64,000 nucleotides of DNA from Antedon mediterranea (Eukaryota; Animalia; Echinodermata), in contig NC_092673.1 in the NCBI RefSeq assembly GCF_964355755.1, positions 15,844,948 to 15,908,947 on the forward strand, given 5' to 3'. This document shows, piece by piece, positions 1 to 12,571 of this stretch (position 1 is its first letter; each line of letters begins with the position of its first letter). A program made the position numbers and the translations under genes. The notes beneath the pieces are model-generated. The model was not told where the DNA came from. It searched no databases and worked only from the letters and a program-made list of their open reading frames with translations.

Positions 1-2049
1 TACCGCTCGTCTGAGCAAGGCAATCTAACAACAGGGCAGTGAGCCTTGTCAAAATACGAACTCGTTACAGTCATTTGATCTTAATGTCTGGCTCCGACAA
101 ATACTAACAGTAATGTACTGTACATATTATTCCACGGTGCGCAGTATCAGTAAGGGGTGTGGAACTGATCGTGTCGCAGCCACAAATAAACCCTTTGGTC
201 TCCGGAGATCAGCATCCTGTTGTTAAATTGCCTTGGTCTGACTAAGGCTGTTCTGCCGAACCGTACAGTTGTCAAATGCGTCGCTCTGGATTGCCAAATG
301 CGTTGTTCCTGTGTTGAACAGGTTAAACACCGCACAATATCAACAAAAGATCATTATTAATTCGATGCGTGTGATGTCTGATTAAAACATACCTAACCGT
401 TATTATTCATCATCGCGTGTTATGTTCGCTTGATCTGTCAGTAATAAAACAAGTATTACAATATTATATTAATATTCTCATATAGTTCTCAATAGTGAAA
501 ATATTTTATTCCATCCTTCGGTGGCTAATTACTTTTTATGCAATCGCTTGAATAGCCTGCCTCTCTGAATATTTGAATTTATAATGTTTATACATAGACT
601 TTTGTACACAAATACATTACAATTTCTTATTTATACATAAATATACTCTATTGTTATAGACAGCTATAGTTATTAATAAACGGTTTATGTATATCGTTAT
701 TCATTCAAAAACTTTATGGTTTTGAAATGATCATACATAATACATCAATATGCACAAACTAAACATACATTATACAGCCTTGTTATTACATACACGTTTT
801 ACACGTTGAGGCCCACACGTCGCGTGCGTTGAAACGACGTTGAAATGGTACGACCAAATACATGATGTCGAAACGCTTGCCTTATATATACATATGAAAA
901 ATATATAATGTTATAAGTCATATTATTAATATCATAATTTACTTAATAAACTACATTATGCTAATACTTTTAAAGATGTATTGTTCGCCAAAAAAATGAA
1001 AAATGAAGATAAATAAAATAAGAATTGTATAGTTAATAATTACTTCCTTTAAAAAAAAATAAAAATATAATTTCATTTAAAAAAGAAAAATTTACTTTAA
1101 ATTAAGGTATAAATTATTTTTTTCAGCTAGTAATTCATTTTTTAAAGTGAATTATGTTTCATTAAAATGGCATATTATAAAAACATATTTTGTGGACAAT
1201 ATAGCTCCATGTATACCAATTCTGTATGTACTTAATATTAACATGAAAAACAAGAATAGCAGCACTGCTCCTTGAATAATTATCTGTTAATAGCATTGAA
1301 TTAGTAGTAAATATTAATTATTAAATTGAATAATTATTAATATCCAAAACAAACGACTTTACAAAGTGAATGGATCTTAATTGAGATTTCGACGGGATGC
1401 TAAATAAATAAAAAATAAATAAATAAATAAATCCGTCAGAAAAATGCTACTTTTGGAAAAGAAAACTCCTTTTTTCGGATATAGATATATAATTATTATA
1501 AATATAGATTTATTGTTTAACATTTGTGACTAGATCACTTTTGAAAACTGGCCAAAGCACAAGGTGAATTTATTTCTTTTTATTTTACGTTTGATTGATA
1601 ATACAAACACGTACAAATCACTACAATTAATACTTCAAAGTTCAATACAGCACATTATAAATATCCACCAATCACCAATCACCAATCACACACAATGATA
1701 GTAATTAGTCTCTTATACTCAAGAAAGTTCTTTGATTTAAAATACACACAGACACATAAATTGCTTTTCAACTTATACACAACTCGATGCAATAAATACT
1801 TATTGCATAAACACATTGTCCATGTGATAACCCCACTCCTATTTAGAATACGTTTACACATAAAACAAATCCTTATTTATATAATAAATATAAGCTTAAT
1901 TTAAACCGACGCCAACTCAAAGAACATAGACGATATATCTCACGCGAGTTATAAACATACCGAGCGGCGATTGATTTACATCGTCGGTAACTTGTGGTTT
2001 CTGGAATATTATTTCTTGATAATGTTAGTTACAGGAATTATGGATAAAG

Positions 2050-2400
2050 ACCAAGATATGTTTGATGATAATGATGAATACGACGATGGCACTTAATAAT
2101 GACGATTCCGTTTTTGCAATTATGGTAACGTTATTAATTAAGATGATGGTAATAAACGTATGATCAACGGTGATTATGACTATGACAATATGATAAATAA
2201 TTTGATGATAATGATATGGTGATAATGACTATGATGAATGATATGGTGATAATAATATGGTGATAATGACTATGATCATAATGATAATGGTGATAATGAT
2301 AATATGGTGATAATGACTAAGACGATGGTGATAATGAATATAATTCCAATAATGTACGATCCGGAAATAATAATGATGATAATAACTTTCTATAATAATA
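2050..2400. repeat. (GAT/AAT)n-like low-complexity tract
   Basis: Repeated gataat/gatgat/ggtgataat. Confidence 0.8.
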
Positions 2401-2581
2401 GATTGACAAACACTTTTGGATCAGTGGCAACACACTCATTAGTGATGTTGTCAACAAACTTTTTATCATGAAAATTATTATTATGATTGTTGATGATAAT
2501 TACCAAGAATGTTGTGGATGAAGATTCTTATTAAGAAGATTCTTGTTAAGAAGTCTCTGTTGATAATGAACTGTACTGGTA

Positions 2582-4620
2582 GTGAAGATGAGATTTGTTA
2601 TAATGTTGATGACACTGCTGGAGATGACACTGCTGGAGATATCGAAAATTATTCTGATGAGGATGACACAGCTGGAGATAATTGAGATGAGAATTATTCT
2701 GATGTTGATGACACTGCTGGAGATAATGATAAAGATGATAATTATTCTGATAAGGATGACACAGATGGAGATAATGGAGATGAGAATTATTCTGATGTTG
2801 ATGACACTGCTGGAGATAATGATAAAGATGAGAATTATTCTGATGAGGACGACACAGATGGAGATAATGGAGATGATAATTATTCTGATGTTGATGTTGA
2901 TGACACTGCTGGAGATAATGATAAAGATGAGAATTATTCTGATGAGGATGACCCAGATGGAGATAATGGAGATGATAATTATTCTGATGTTGTTGATAAC
3001 ACTGCCGTAGATAGCCTAATGGAGATGAGAATTATTCTGATGAGAATGCTGTAGATAATAGAGATGAGAATTATTGTGATGTTAATGACACAGATGGAGA
3101 TAATGGAGATGATAATTATTCTGATGTTGATGGCATTGCTGTAGATAACAGAAATGAACATTATTTTGATGAGGATGACACAGATGGACATTTATTCTGA
3201 TGTTGATGACACTGCTGGAGATAATAAGGATGAAATTTATTCTGATGTTGAAAACAAAGCTGGAGATAATAAAGACGATAATTATTCTGATGTTGATGAC
3301 ACTGCTGGAGATAATAGAAATGAGAATTATTCTTATGTTGATGACACTGCTGGAGATAATGAAGATGAGAATTATTCTGATGAGGATGACACAGATGGAG
3401 AATAGCGATGAGAATTAGTCTGATGTTGATGACACTGCAGGAGATAATGAAGATGAGAATTATTCTGATGTTGATGACACTGCTGGAGATGAAGATTGAG
3501 ATTTATTCTGATGTTGATATTGATGACACTGCTGGAGATAATGAAGATGAGATTTATTCTGATGGTGATGTTGATGACACTGCTGGAGATAATAAAGATG
3601 AGATGTATTCTGATGTTGATGACACACGGCTGGAGATAATGAAGATGAGATTTATTCTAATGTTGATTATACTGCTGTAGATAATGAAGATGAGAATTAT
3701 TCTGATGTTGATGACACTGCTGGAGATAATGAAGATGAGAATTATTCTGATGAGAATGTTGATGTTCAAATGAAGATAAGAATTGTTCTGATGGTGATGA
3801 CACTGCTGGAGATAATAAAGATGAGAATTGTTTTTAGGTTGATGACACAGTTAGTGATAATGATTTTGAGAATTATTCTAATATGGATGTTGATAACACT
3901 GCTGGAGATAATGAAGATGAGAATTATTCTGATGAGAATTTTGATGTTCAAATGAAGATAAGAATTGTTCTGATGGTGATGACACTGCTGGAGATAATAA
4001 AGATGAGAATTGTTTTTAGGTTGATGACACAGTTAGTGATAATGATTTTGAGAATTATTCTAATATGGATGTTGATAACACTGCTGGAGAAAATGAATAT
4101 GAGAATTATTCTGATGTTGATGACACTGATAGAGATAATGAAGATGAAAATTGTTCTTAGGTTTATGACACAGTTGGAGATAATGAAGATGAGAATTATT
4201 GTGATGTTGATGACACTACTGTGGATTATTCTGATGTGGATGCGGATGTTGAAGATACTGCCGGAGATAATGAAGATGAGAATTATTCGGATAAGAATGT
4301 TGATGTTTAAATGAAGATGAGTATTGTTCTGATGTTGATGAAACTGCAGCTGGAGATAATGAAGATGAGATTTATTTTTATGTTGATGACACTGCTGGGG
4401 ATATTGAAGATGAGAATTATTGTGATGTTGATGACACTGATGGAGATAATGGAGATGAGAATTATTGTGATGTTGATGACACTGATAGAGATAATGAAGA
4501 TGAGATTTATTCTAATTTTGATGTTGATGACACTGCTGGAGATAACAAAGAGGAGAATTATTCTGATGTTGATGACACTGCTGGAGGTAATGAAGAAGAG
4601 AATTATTCCGATGTTGATAT
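2582..4620. repeat. 45-bp minisatellite with a local higher-order unit of about 182 bp
   Basis: Unit gctggagataatgaagatgagaattattctgatgttgatgacact; larger block repeats at about 3770 and 3952. Confidence 0.93.
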
Positions 4621-5020
4621 TTGTCGATAATAGTAGTGATTATGATGAAGAATATGATGACTATGATTGTTCATGGCGTAAACATGATGTGAAGAGATTA
4701 TGATTCTTAATGATGTTTATGATTGTGATATTAGTGATGTTGATCAGGTCATTGATAATAATCATAATTAGATATAAATTATATCTACAAAACAATTGCC
4801 TACAGTAGCCTAATTCTTACACATTTAACCACAGAACCGTTTTTAGACTTTTGAGACTTCATGAAGTGACACAGTGCGCGCGTACTTAAATACTGATATA
4901 CCTTTTTACGCGCGCGTCATAATATCGAATTACAAAATTGTTAATTATTTATTAATTTTGTTTGGGCATCACGATGAAAATTAATTTTTTTAATCTCATT
5001 TTGTTCTTTTTAAAAGTATG

Positions 5021-6337
5021 TTAAATTTTAGTTTGCACATCATGCGAATTCGCATCAATAGATGATCTCTTTGTAGCTGTGAATGATGTCTCAACTATTG
5101 GGCAACTGGTATTAATTTGAGATTGCTGTTTACTTCTTGGGTTCATTGATGTATAGTCACAGTTTTTATTTCGAAGGTTTACGAGTGCTCTCAAACCAGG
5201 TACACGTGCAAATAACCGCATAAATTCCCGCATAAAATTATCGTTCATCCATGCGTATAACAGTGGATTAAAGCATGCGTTGGTGGCCGCTAATGTGAGA
5301 GTTGCCGTGTGTATGATCGTCTGCGTGTACTGTGATCCTTCCAGTTTCACTGGCGCCAAACTTGAATTTTTACAACTTGTTTCAACGTCAAACGATCTTG
5401 CTATTGACCCGAACAATTCGGTATCCTCTTCCTGAATTAAACCAGAACCACACATTTCCCATGTTTTTTCAGTACAATCTCCTGCACTTGTGTCATAAAA
5501 CAGATACAGACTATAAACGCTGAGTGGCAGCCAACAAAACGCAAAACATAGTACTACAAGCGAGAGCATTCGATTCATGTGTCGTCTGCGAGAATTTTCC
5601 CGCTTTTGCCGCTCTGCGCTCATTGTTCCTGGCGCTACGTTGCACGATAACTTCACCGATATACAGGTGTTAGTGATAGTCACAACTACAAGCGGCATTA
5701 CAAACTGTAAGCTAAAAACGCCCCAGATATATAGTTCTGCTGTCTTTTCATCACTCCAAAACTCTCTGCATTCCAACGTGGAAGTGATAAGCATGTAATC
5801 AAACACTGTGTGCTTAAGTGCAAATGGTAAGCAAAAAACAATTGATAAGAACCAAATAAGGGCGATGACAATGCAGCAGGACTTCTTACCAAGCTGCGTT
5901 GACGTACGAAGGGGGAAAACAACAAGGCAGAAACGATCAATAGCTATGGCTATAAAGGTGAATGTTGAAGCAAACACACAGCATGACAACACCATCGGAA
6001 TAATTCGGCACATAGCCTCCCCAAGTACCCAGTTGTGTGGGAATAGGCTTACCCACGCGTTGAATGGTATTCCAATTAGACATGAAGCTATATCAGAAAT
6101 AGCAAGATTAAATATGAAGAAATTTATTACTGTTCGTAGCTTTGGTCGTAATATAACAATAATTACTATGAGAAGATTTCCCACAGTCCCAAAAATAAGA
6201 ATAATTGTAAGCAAGACGAGAAAAATAACAACGATATACGTCGGTAGTAGGCAGTTGTTTTCTGCAAGCGTACATTTCAAACATGAGACAATGTCTAACA
6301 TCGTTCCATTCCAATCCATGCTGTAGTAGTCTGTCAT
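5021..6337 (-). CDS. Class A neuropeptide GPCR, PrRP/sNPF-receptor-like (NPY receptor superfamily), 438 aa, single coding exon
   Basis: Seven TM segments: GN (TM1), NLAISD (TM2), WVLGEAMC, DRF, TM5 FVMP, CWLP, NPLLYAWMNDNF. ICL3 'KLSCNVAPG...RRRHMNRML' and the TM7 end resemble PRLHR and insect sNPF receptors. First in-frame ATG is 6337; the track ORF starts at a GTG at 6400. Splice acceptor ttttcag lies just upstream at 6437. Confidence 0.9.
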   Translation of the reverse strand: MTDYYSMDWNGTMLDIVSCLKCTLAENNCLLPTYIVVIFLVLLTIILIFGTVGNLLIVIIVILRPKLRTVINFFIFNLAISDIASCLIGIPFNAWVSLFPHNWVLGEAMCRIIPMVLSCCVFASTFTFIAIAIDRFCLVVFPLRTSTQLGKKSCCIVIALIWFLSIVFCLPFALKHTVFDYMLITSTLECREFWSDEKTAELYIWGVFSLQFVMPLVVVTITNTCISVKLSCNVAPGTMSAERQKRENSRRRHMNRMLSLVVLCFAFCWLPLSVYSLYLFYDTSAGDCTEKTWEMCGSGLIQEEDTELFGSIARSFDVETSCKNSSLAPVKLEGSQYTQTIIHTATLTLAATNACFNPLLYAWMNDNFMREFMRLFARVPGLRALVNLRNKNCDYTSMNPRSKQQSQINTSCPIVETSFTATKRSSIDANSHDVQTKI

Positions 6338-6508
6338 TTTAACTATTGAGCGTTTGAAGTTCAATTGTAAATCAAAGATGAGAAGTTCAGTTGTCAACAC
6401 TTATTGGTGTCTTCCATTTACGACTCGCATGTTATTCTGAAAATGTAATTATAGAAATCATGTTAATTTTTAAATTCGTATCATCTTAGAATTATCTTAT
6501 TGGCCTAA

Positions 6509-6624
6509 AGCTTGGTTCCCACTTTGACACAACGCCAGTGAGTTGATCAATTTAACGCGTCGTGATTGGTCAAATTACTTGTGGCGCGTCCACTTATTTC
6601 GTTGTGTCCAATGGGAACCAAGCT
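6509..6624. mobile_element. Family A MITE, internally deleted
   Basis: agcttggttcccact...tgggaaccaagct, flanks taa/tta. Confidence 0.8.
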
Positions 6625-7339
6625 TTATGGTCACATGTGATTACTAATTATTGTGTCGGGTTTTTTTTCACGCTGCTGCTTTAGCCAGCTACATCCCCAG
6701 AAGACTACTCATTCAGAAGCAGCAAGTTCTAGAGGCTGACTTTTGACAATTTGTAAACTAGATGGTAATCTGTAAAATCTTGTTCAATAAATAATTACTT
6801 TCTTCTTGCTGTCAACCTAGGCCATTCACTGTCAAATAATCAAAACATTATTATTATTCTTATTTTTGCTTAAAATTATTTTTTCAGGTATATAATTATT
6901 TTGAACGTGAATAACTATTATGTGACAATAAAATGACACATTCAAAAACAAATTTGAAATTAAAAAAAAAACGTTTTTCAGAGGGAAAATATATCTTTAA
7001 AACTGTTACGTCAACAAGCGAGCGGCGTTTTTGGAAGAAATATTTCATGTTTAATGATGTATCAATATGAATTTGATATTTAAAGATTAAACAAGAAGAA
7101 GAAACCTATTAAAAGAACAGAAGGTATTAAAGTACATACGATATGTACACGAATTGGATATAACTATTTTTATCATATTTACTCTGTCGATATGGTACCA
7201 CCTCGTCGGATGTCATACTACCCGTCGATGTGATACAACCTGAATGGAAAGAGCCCCACAGAATGAAAGAGCCCCGCAGTTTATTATCTATAGGCCTAGA
7301 TAGTACTACTACTAATTTGGTAATGGTATGAAGTTTTTA

Positions 7340-7600
7340 TTGTTTAATGATTATGTTAAGAAATGAATAAGCTAAAATATGAATTGTGTTAAGAAATGTA
7401 TATGCTAAAATGATTATGCTTTTAAGAAATGAATATGCTAGAATAGGATTATGTTAAGAAATGAATATGTTTAGGAAAATGAATTATGTTAAGAAAGGTA
7501 TTCTAAAATGATTATGTTAAGAAATGAATATGTTTAAGAAAATGAATACGCTAAGAAATTAATACGCTAAGTGAGTGTGTTAAGAACTTAACATTTACTG
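7340..7600. repeat. Degenerate short tandem repeat (atgaattatgttaagaa)
   Basis: About a dozen degenerate copies. Confidence 0.8.
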
Positions 7601-8604
7601 TATATGTTAAGTTATAAATATTATGAAATGAATATATTTTTAGTAATAAAAGAAAAAAATGTTTATTGTGCTTATAATGGGAATACATATACAGCGTCGC
7701 ATTAATCAAACCATCCATGATTTAATCTTGATAACAGTTACGTTATGAATCATAATCTTGTTTTGCATTACAGAATAGATGTGTTTTAATTGGTTGATCT
7801 AAACATGGACCTATTTATACATTTATTAGATAACAAAAATAACCACTTATATTTGCTTCATATCTAATTATATGTATGAGAAAATAAAATCTGGTAAAAT
7901 ATTTGCCATGTTTCTCACAAAATTCAATAAACACCCGGATATGATTGTATTTACCTTCACTGTTTTATATATATACATTATAATACACTATTGGTCTTGG
8001 AAGAAAAAAGTTAATTCCAAGGAACGCCTGAGTGTTTGTTAAATTCTGCAGAGTGTCATTCAGGTCTATTATCATAAAATCGAGTGCTCCCTCGCCAATT
8101 TAATTACAAGCGTCGGGCCTACGTCATCGGATACCAACGTTGTCGAAGTCTAATTCAGACATTTTGCTCGTCAAAACGGATACAACTAAAGGTCATTCGA
8201 CGATTGTAATTTAATTGTTTTATTTCGTTAGAACGTTTCATCAGCGCTTCTGATTCAATTACTTTGTGTTTATTTGAAACTTGCATCGGATAATGAAAAA
8301 TTCACACCACTGCGTTAATTATAATTTATAGCATTTCACTTTATTTAAGCACCTCATAAATTATTTATTTTAAAATACCGATTGTTTTTGTAAACACAAT
8401 TATTGTACGGTATACATTAAAGTAATTGGAGACAATGAATATGTCTAAACTCGCTCTGCATTTCATATTCAATCCATAAGTTTAAAACACCGTAACATTT
8501 TCGTACGTACCGAATTGGACGTGTTCAATGTGCACTAAACAGCTTAACATGATTAGCATCCATTATTAGGGGACACATTTGAGCGCAACCGCCCCCACCC
8601 AAAA

Positions 8605-9881
8605 AAAAGGTTCCCTTGAATAGGAGTGTCTCCTAAATATGCCTGACTGTAGTATTAAAACATATATTTCTCCTCGTTTTGAAAGTTTCCTCTTTGAGGT
8701 ATCCCCTCAATAGGAGTATCTCCTAAATATGCCTGACTGTAGTATTAAAACATGATATATTTCTACTCGTTCGTTTGGTAAGCATCCTCTTTGAGGTATC
8801 CTCTTAATAGGAGTGTATCCTAAATAGGACTGACTGTTAAAATATATATTTCTCCTCATTCGTTTGGTAAGCACTTTCCTTGAGGTATCGCCTGAATAGG
8901 AGTATCTCCTAAATAGGACTGACTGTTAAAATATATATATTTCTCCTCATTCGTTTGGTAAGCACTTTCCTTGAAGTATCCTAAATAGGACTGACTGCTA
9001 AAACATACATTTCTCCTTGTTCGTTTGGTAAGCACTTTCTTTGAGGTATCCCCTTAATAGGAGTGTATCCTAAATAGGACTGACTGTTGAAATATATATT
9101 TCTCCTCATTCGTTTGGTAAGCACTTTCCTTGAAGTATCCCCTTATAGGAGTGTATCCTAAATAGGACTGACTGCTAAAACATATATTTCTCCTTGTTCG
9201 TTTGGTAAGCACTTTCCTTGAAGTATCCCCTTATAGGAGTGTATCCTAAATAGGACTGACTGCTAAAACATATATTTCTCCTTGTTCGTTTGGTAAGCAC
9301 TTTCCTTGAAGTATCCCCTTATAGGAGTGTATCCTAAATAGGACTGACTGTTAAAACATATATTTCTCCTCGTTCGTTTGGTAAGCATCCTCTTTGAGGT
9401 ATCCCCTTAATAGGAGTGTATCCTAAATAGGCCTGACTGTTAAAACATATATTTCTCCTCGTTCGTTTGGTAAGCATCCTCTTTGAGGTATCCCCTTAAT
9501 AGGAGTGTATCCTAAATAGGCCTGACTGTTAAAACATATATTTCTACTCGTTCGTTTGGTAAGCATCCTCTTTGAGGTATCCCCTTATATAGGCGTGTAT
9601 CCTAAATAGGACTGACTGTTAAAACATATATTTCTCCTCGTTCGTTTGGTAAGCATCCTCTTTGAGGTATCCCCTTAATAGGAGTGTATCCTAAATAGGC
9701 CTGACTGTTAAAACATATATTTCTACTCGTTCGTTTGGTAAGCATCCTCTTTGAGGTATCCCCTTATATAGGCGTGTATCCTAAATAGGCCTGACTACTA
9801 AAACATATATTTCTACTCGTTTGTTTGGTAAGCATCCTCTTTGAGGTATCCCCTTAATAGGCGTGTATCCTAAATAGGCCT
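8605..9881. repeat. Minisatellite of about 89 bp, about 14 copies
   Basis: Unit cctaaataggactgactgttaaaacatatatttctcctcgttcgtttggtaagcatcctctttgaggtatccccttaataggagtgtat; period 89 between 9601 and 9690. Confidence 0.95.
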
Positions 9882-10281
9882 TAAGGTTAAGTGGTCAATG
9901 AGAACCAATCAGTTAATGATTAAATGAACAACACAATTGCAGAATATATTCAGGGTCATGTATATTATAGTAATGATGTACAGGATATTTTGTCATTTAA
10001 AATCTCATGATTTACATCTTAATATCATTAAATATGGATGTTAACGAATTTTGCCGCTACCAGCACTCACTAATTACCAACACGCGATAAAAAAAAAATC
10101 CGCTTGATTTATTGACTAGTTGTCGGCATATTAGGATTATTATATTATTACATAATGATGTACAGCAATACACTATTTTAATTATTTATTTGTTGTTTCG
10201 ATAGCATAGCCAATTCTAAGTAATGTACCACTATGTAGGCAAATTCTACGAAACTCGTGGAAAGCCTGTATCATAGACCTA

Positions 10282-10500
10282 AGGTAAAAAGGTAAAGGTC
10301 CCGTATTCAACACTGAACATAGGGTAATGAGCTGGTAGGAGCTCATTGTACTAAGCCTCGTCATTATGAGGTACAGTGGCCAGTTCCTTTCCATGCCGCC
10401 TTATTCTTCCTAGTATTTTCAACCAGGTACTCATCAAGTGTAGAATGGGAGTTGAGAATTGAAGCCAGGTCTAGTGTCCTAACCACTCGACTACCCAACC
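10282..10500 (-). mobile_element. SINE remnant with an RTE-type (acctt)n tail
   Basis: Minus strand: gtagtcgagtggttagg head, atgagtacctgg core, acctttacctttttacc tail. Confidence 0.55.
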
Positions 10501-11443
10501 CCGTTCATAGACCTAACATACATTAACTAACTTCCCATGATACAGGCATCACATGGGAAGCTGCAATACGTAATTTTCCTATGATACTGGATATCAACAC
10601 CTAGAATCAGACTTTATACGCACGCGTATTTATTTTTGATCGAACATTGCTCATACACAAGTTCACAACATATTAATAAATAAAATAATTACATTATGCA
10701 AGCAAATTTGAAGCACTGGAATGCATTACTATTTTACTATATCCGAACTCAAGTATTGCAATTAAGAAACTAGAGTTCCTTTATTGTTGAAATTAACCAA
10801 TATAGCATTTAAGTTCATCACGTGAGAATTCTTTGTCACGCAATATACTAGGATTAGAACTTATTGGTGTAATGCCAGTTCAAGTATCGTAAGTCCAATG
10901 TGTACAATTTGTGTTAAGGTGGTTACCCTAGTGGCTGGTCTAGGTTCTAGACTGTGTTTTGACTTATTATTTTGGCACTGAAGTCGATTTTACCACCGGT
11001 GACCAAACATAAAAAGACAATAACTACAGATTTGAGGCAAGTCAATCCCTCATTGTCCACCCAATTCACAGTTCTGTATCTCCACATCTTATCCATTTCT
11101 GAAGAATCATGGAATATTTAGTAATACAGCATGTCATTTGTATTACATGTGGTGCCTGTATCATGTAATGGTTAATGGTTATAAGTTATACTAGATACAT
11201 GTGAAACACATGTGATGTTGTATTATCAAATATACATATGATACTTCGGAAAGAGATAGGCCTATTATACTGAGAATCGGCTGCATTGTCCGTGGATAAA
11301 ATGTCTGCAATAGCAGCAAAGCTATCAGGTACTAAGAAAAAACGTAACGTGAAATCACACATTAGATCTACTTGTTTCAAATTTGAAAATTTAGCGCACA
11401 GTGATAATGAAGACATGAAAATAATTATTTCATATGAATATAA

Positions 11444-11617
11444 AGCGTGGTTCCCACTAGCGATGCAACACAAGGACGTAACGCAACGCAAGTGAATTGA
11501 CCAATCACAAGCGATGGCTTATTCGCGTGTGATTGCTAACTGTCTATAACTTGTCATTGGTTAAAACGCTTGCATTGCGTTTACGTCCTTGCGTTACGTT
11601 CTAGTGGGAACCAAGCT
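11444..11617. mobile_element. PIF/Harbinger-like MITE, family A
   Basis: TIR AGC(G/T)TGGTTCCCACTAG; TAA duplicated on both sides. Confidence 0.85.
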
Positions 11618-11811
11618 TAAACATTAATTCAACAAAATCAGAAGTAAACTACGGAGGTATAAAATATATGTAATAAATAGGAAAAAAAAATAGCTTTGTT
11701 TTTCTGATAAATATTGGTGGATTTTGAGGAAGAACCCGAGGTTAAAATTGGCACTGGCGTTGGAAACGTTATGTTCCGAAAGATCATTATTTTATATTAG
11801 GCCTAAATAAT

Positions 11812-12050
11812 GTTGGATCTGAAGAAACCATCTATGACGAAAAATATCCGCTAGCTATATACACTCGCAATCTTTTGAAAATTCTTTAAATAAATCTAAG
11901 CAATAACAATACTTACTAATTTGTTAAAATTAGGTTTAAATAAAGATGGATCCGAAGAAACCGTCTACGAAGAAAAATATCCTCTAGCTATATAAACTCA
12001 CAGTCTTTTGACAATTTCTAAAATAAATCTGAGCAATAACAATCCTAACT
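11812..12050. repeat. Two-copy tandem duplication of about 133 bp
   Basis: ggatc(t/c)gaagaaacc...gcaataacaat at 11815 and 11948. Confidence 0.85.
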
Positions 12051-12571
12051 TATTGTTTTGTATTTGTTGACGGATCATTAAGACATAAATAGCAGCTATA
12101 AGTAAGTTGCAACTTTCAGTTCGGCAACGGACGCCGAATAGAAGTGTGCAATAGAAAATGATTAATCTGGTGTAAGTGACTGCGTTATATTATATAAGAA
12201 CATTGCACATTATATGAAGACAAGAATATGCCAAAACATCACTTATTAGGATTATCCCATTAAGCAATAAGCTCGTCTCTTATCTTATAATGGCGGTTTA
12301 TATGTAACAACCCGAATGAATGAAAGAAGATTTATGTAATACATCGGCAGATAAAGAGTCGATATTTCATGATACGTCCGATACAAATACTACTTACTTT
12401 AAATATATATTTCTTCTATAGTGAATATAATAAGATGCGATACTTAAATAAATGTCAACATTATACTAGAAGCCCGAATTTAGTTAATAATGTGTGTCTT
12501 CTACGCCTTACACCCTGGATTTACCTCTGAAGAGTGCAAGTTCATAAAAGGATGCTGAATTATAAAACTAA

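Noticed and set aside
1668-1688. Three tandem CCAATCA as a promoter
   Set aside because: No associated gene visible; indistinguishable from a short tandem repeat
2582-4703. Met/Ile/Leu-rich ORFs (MRIILMLMTLLEI...)
   Set aside because: Alternative-frame readings of the 45-bp repeat
5332-6326. Overlapping ORFs including the 172-aa plus-strand one
   Set aside because: Shadow frames of the GPCR CDS
6338-6400. 21-aa N-terminal extension of the GPCR in the ORF track
   Set aside because: Starts at GTG directly after a stop; the ATG at 6337 is the more plausible eukaryotic start
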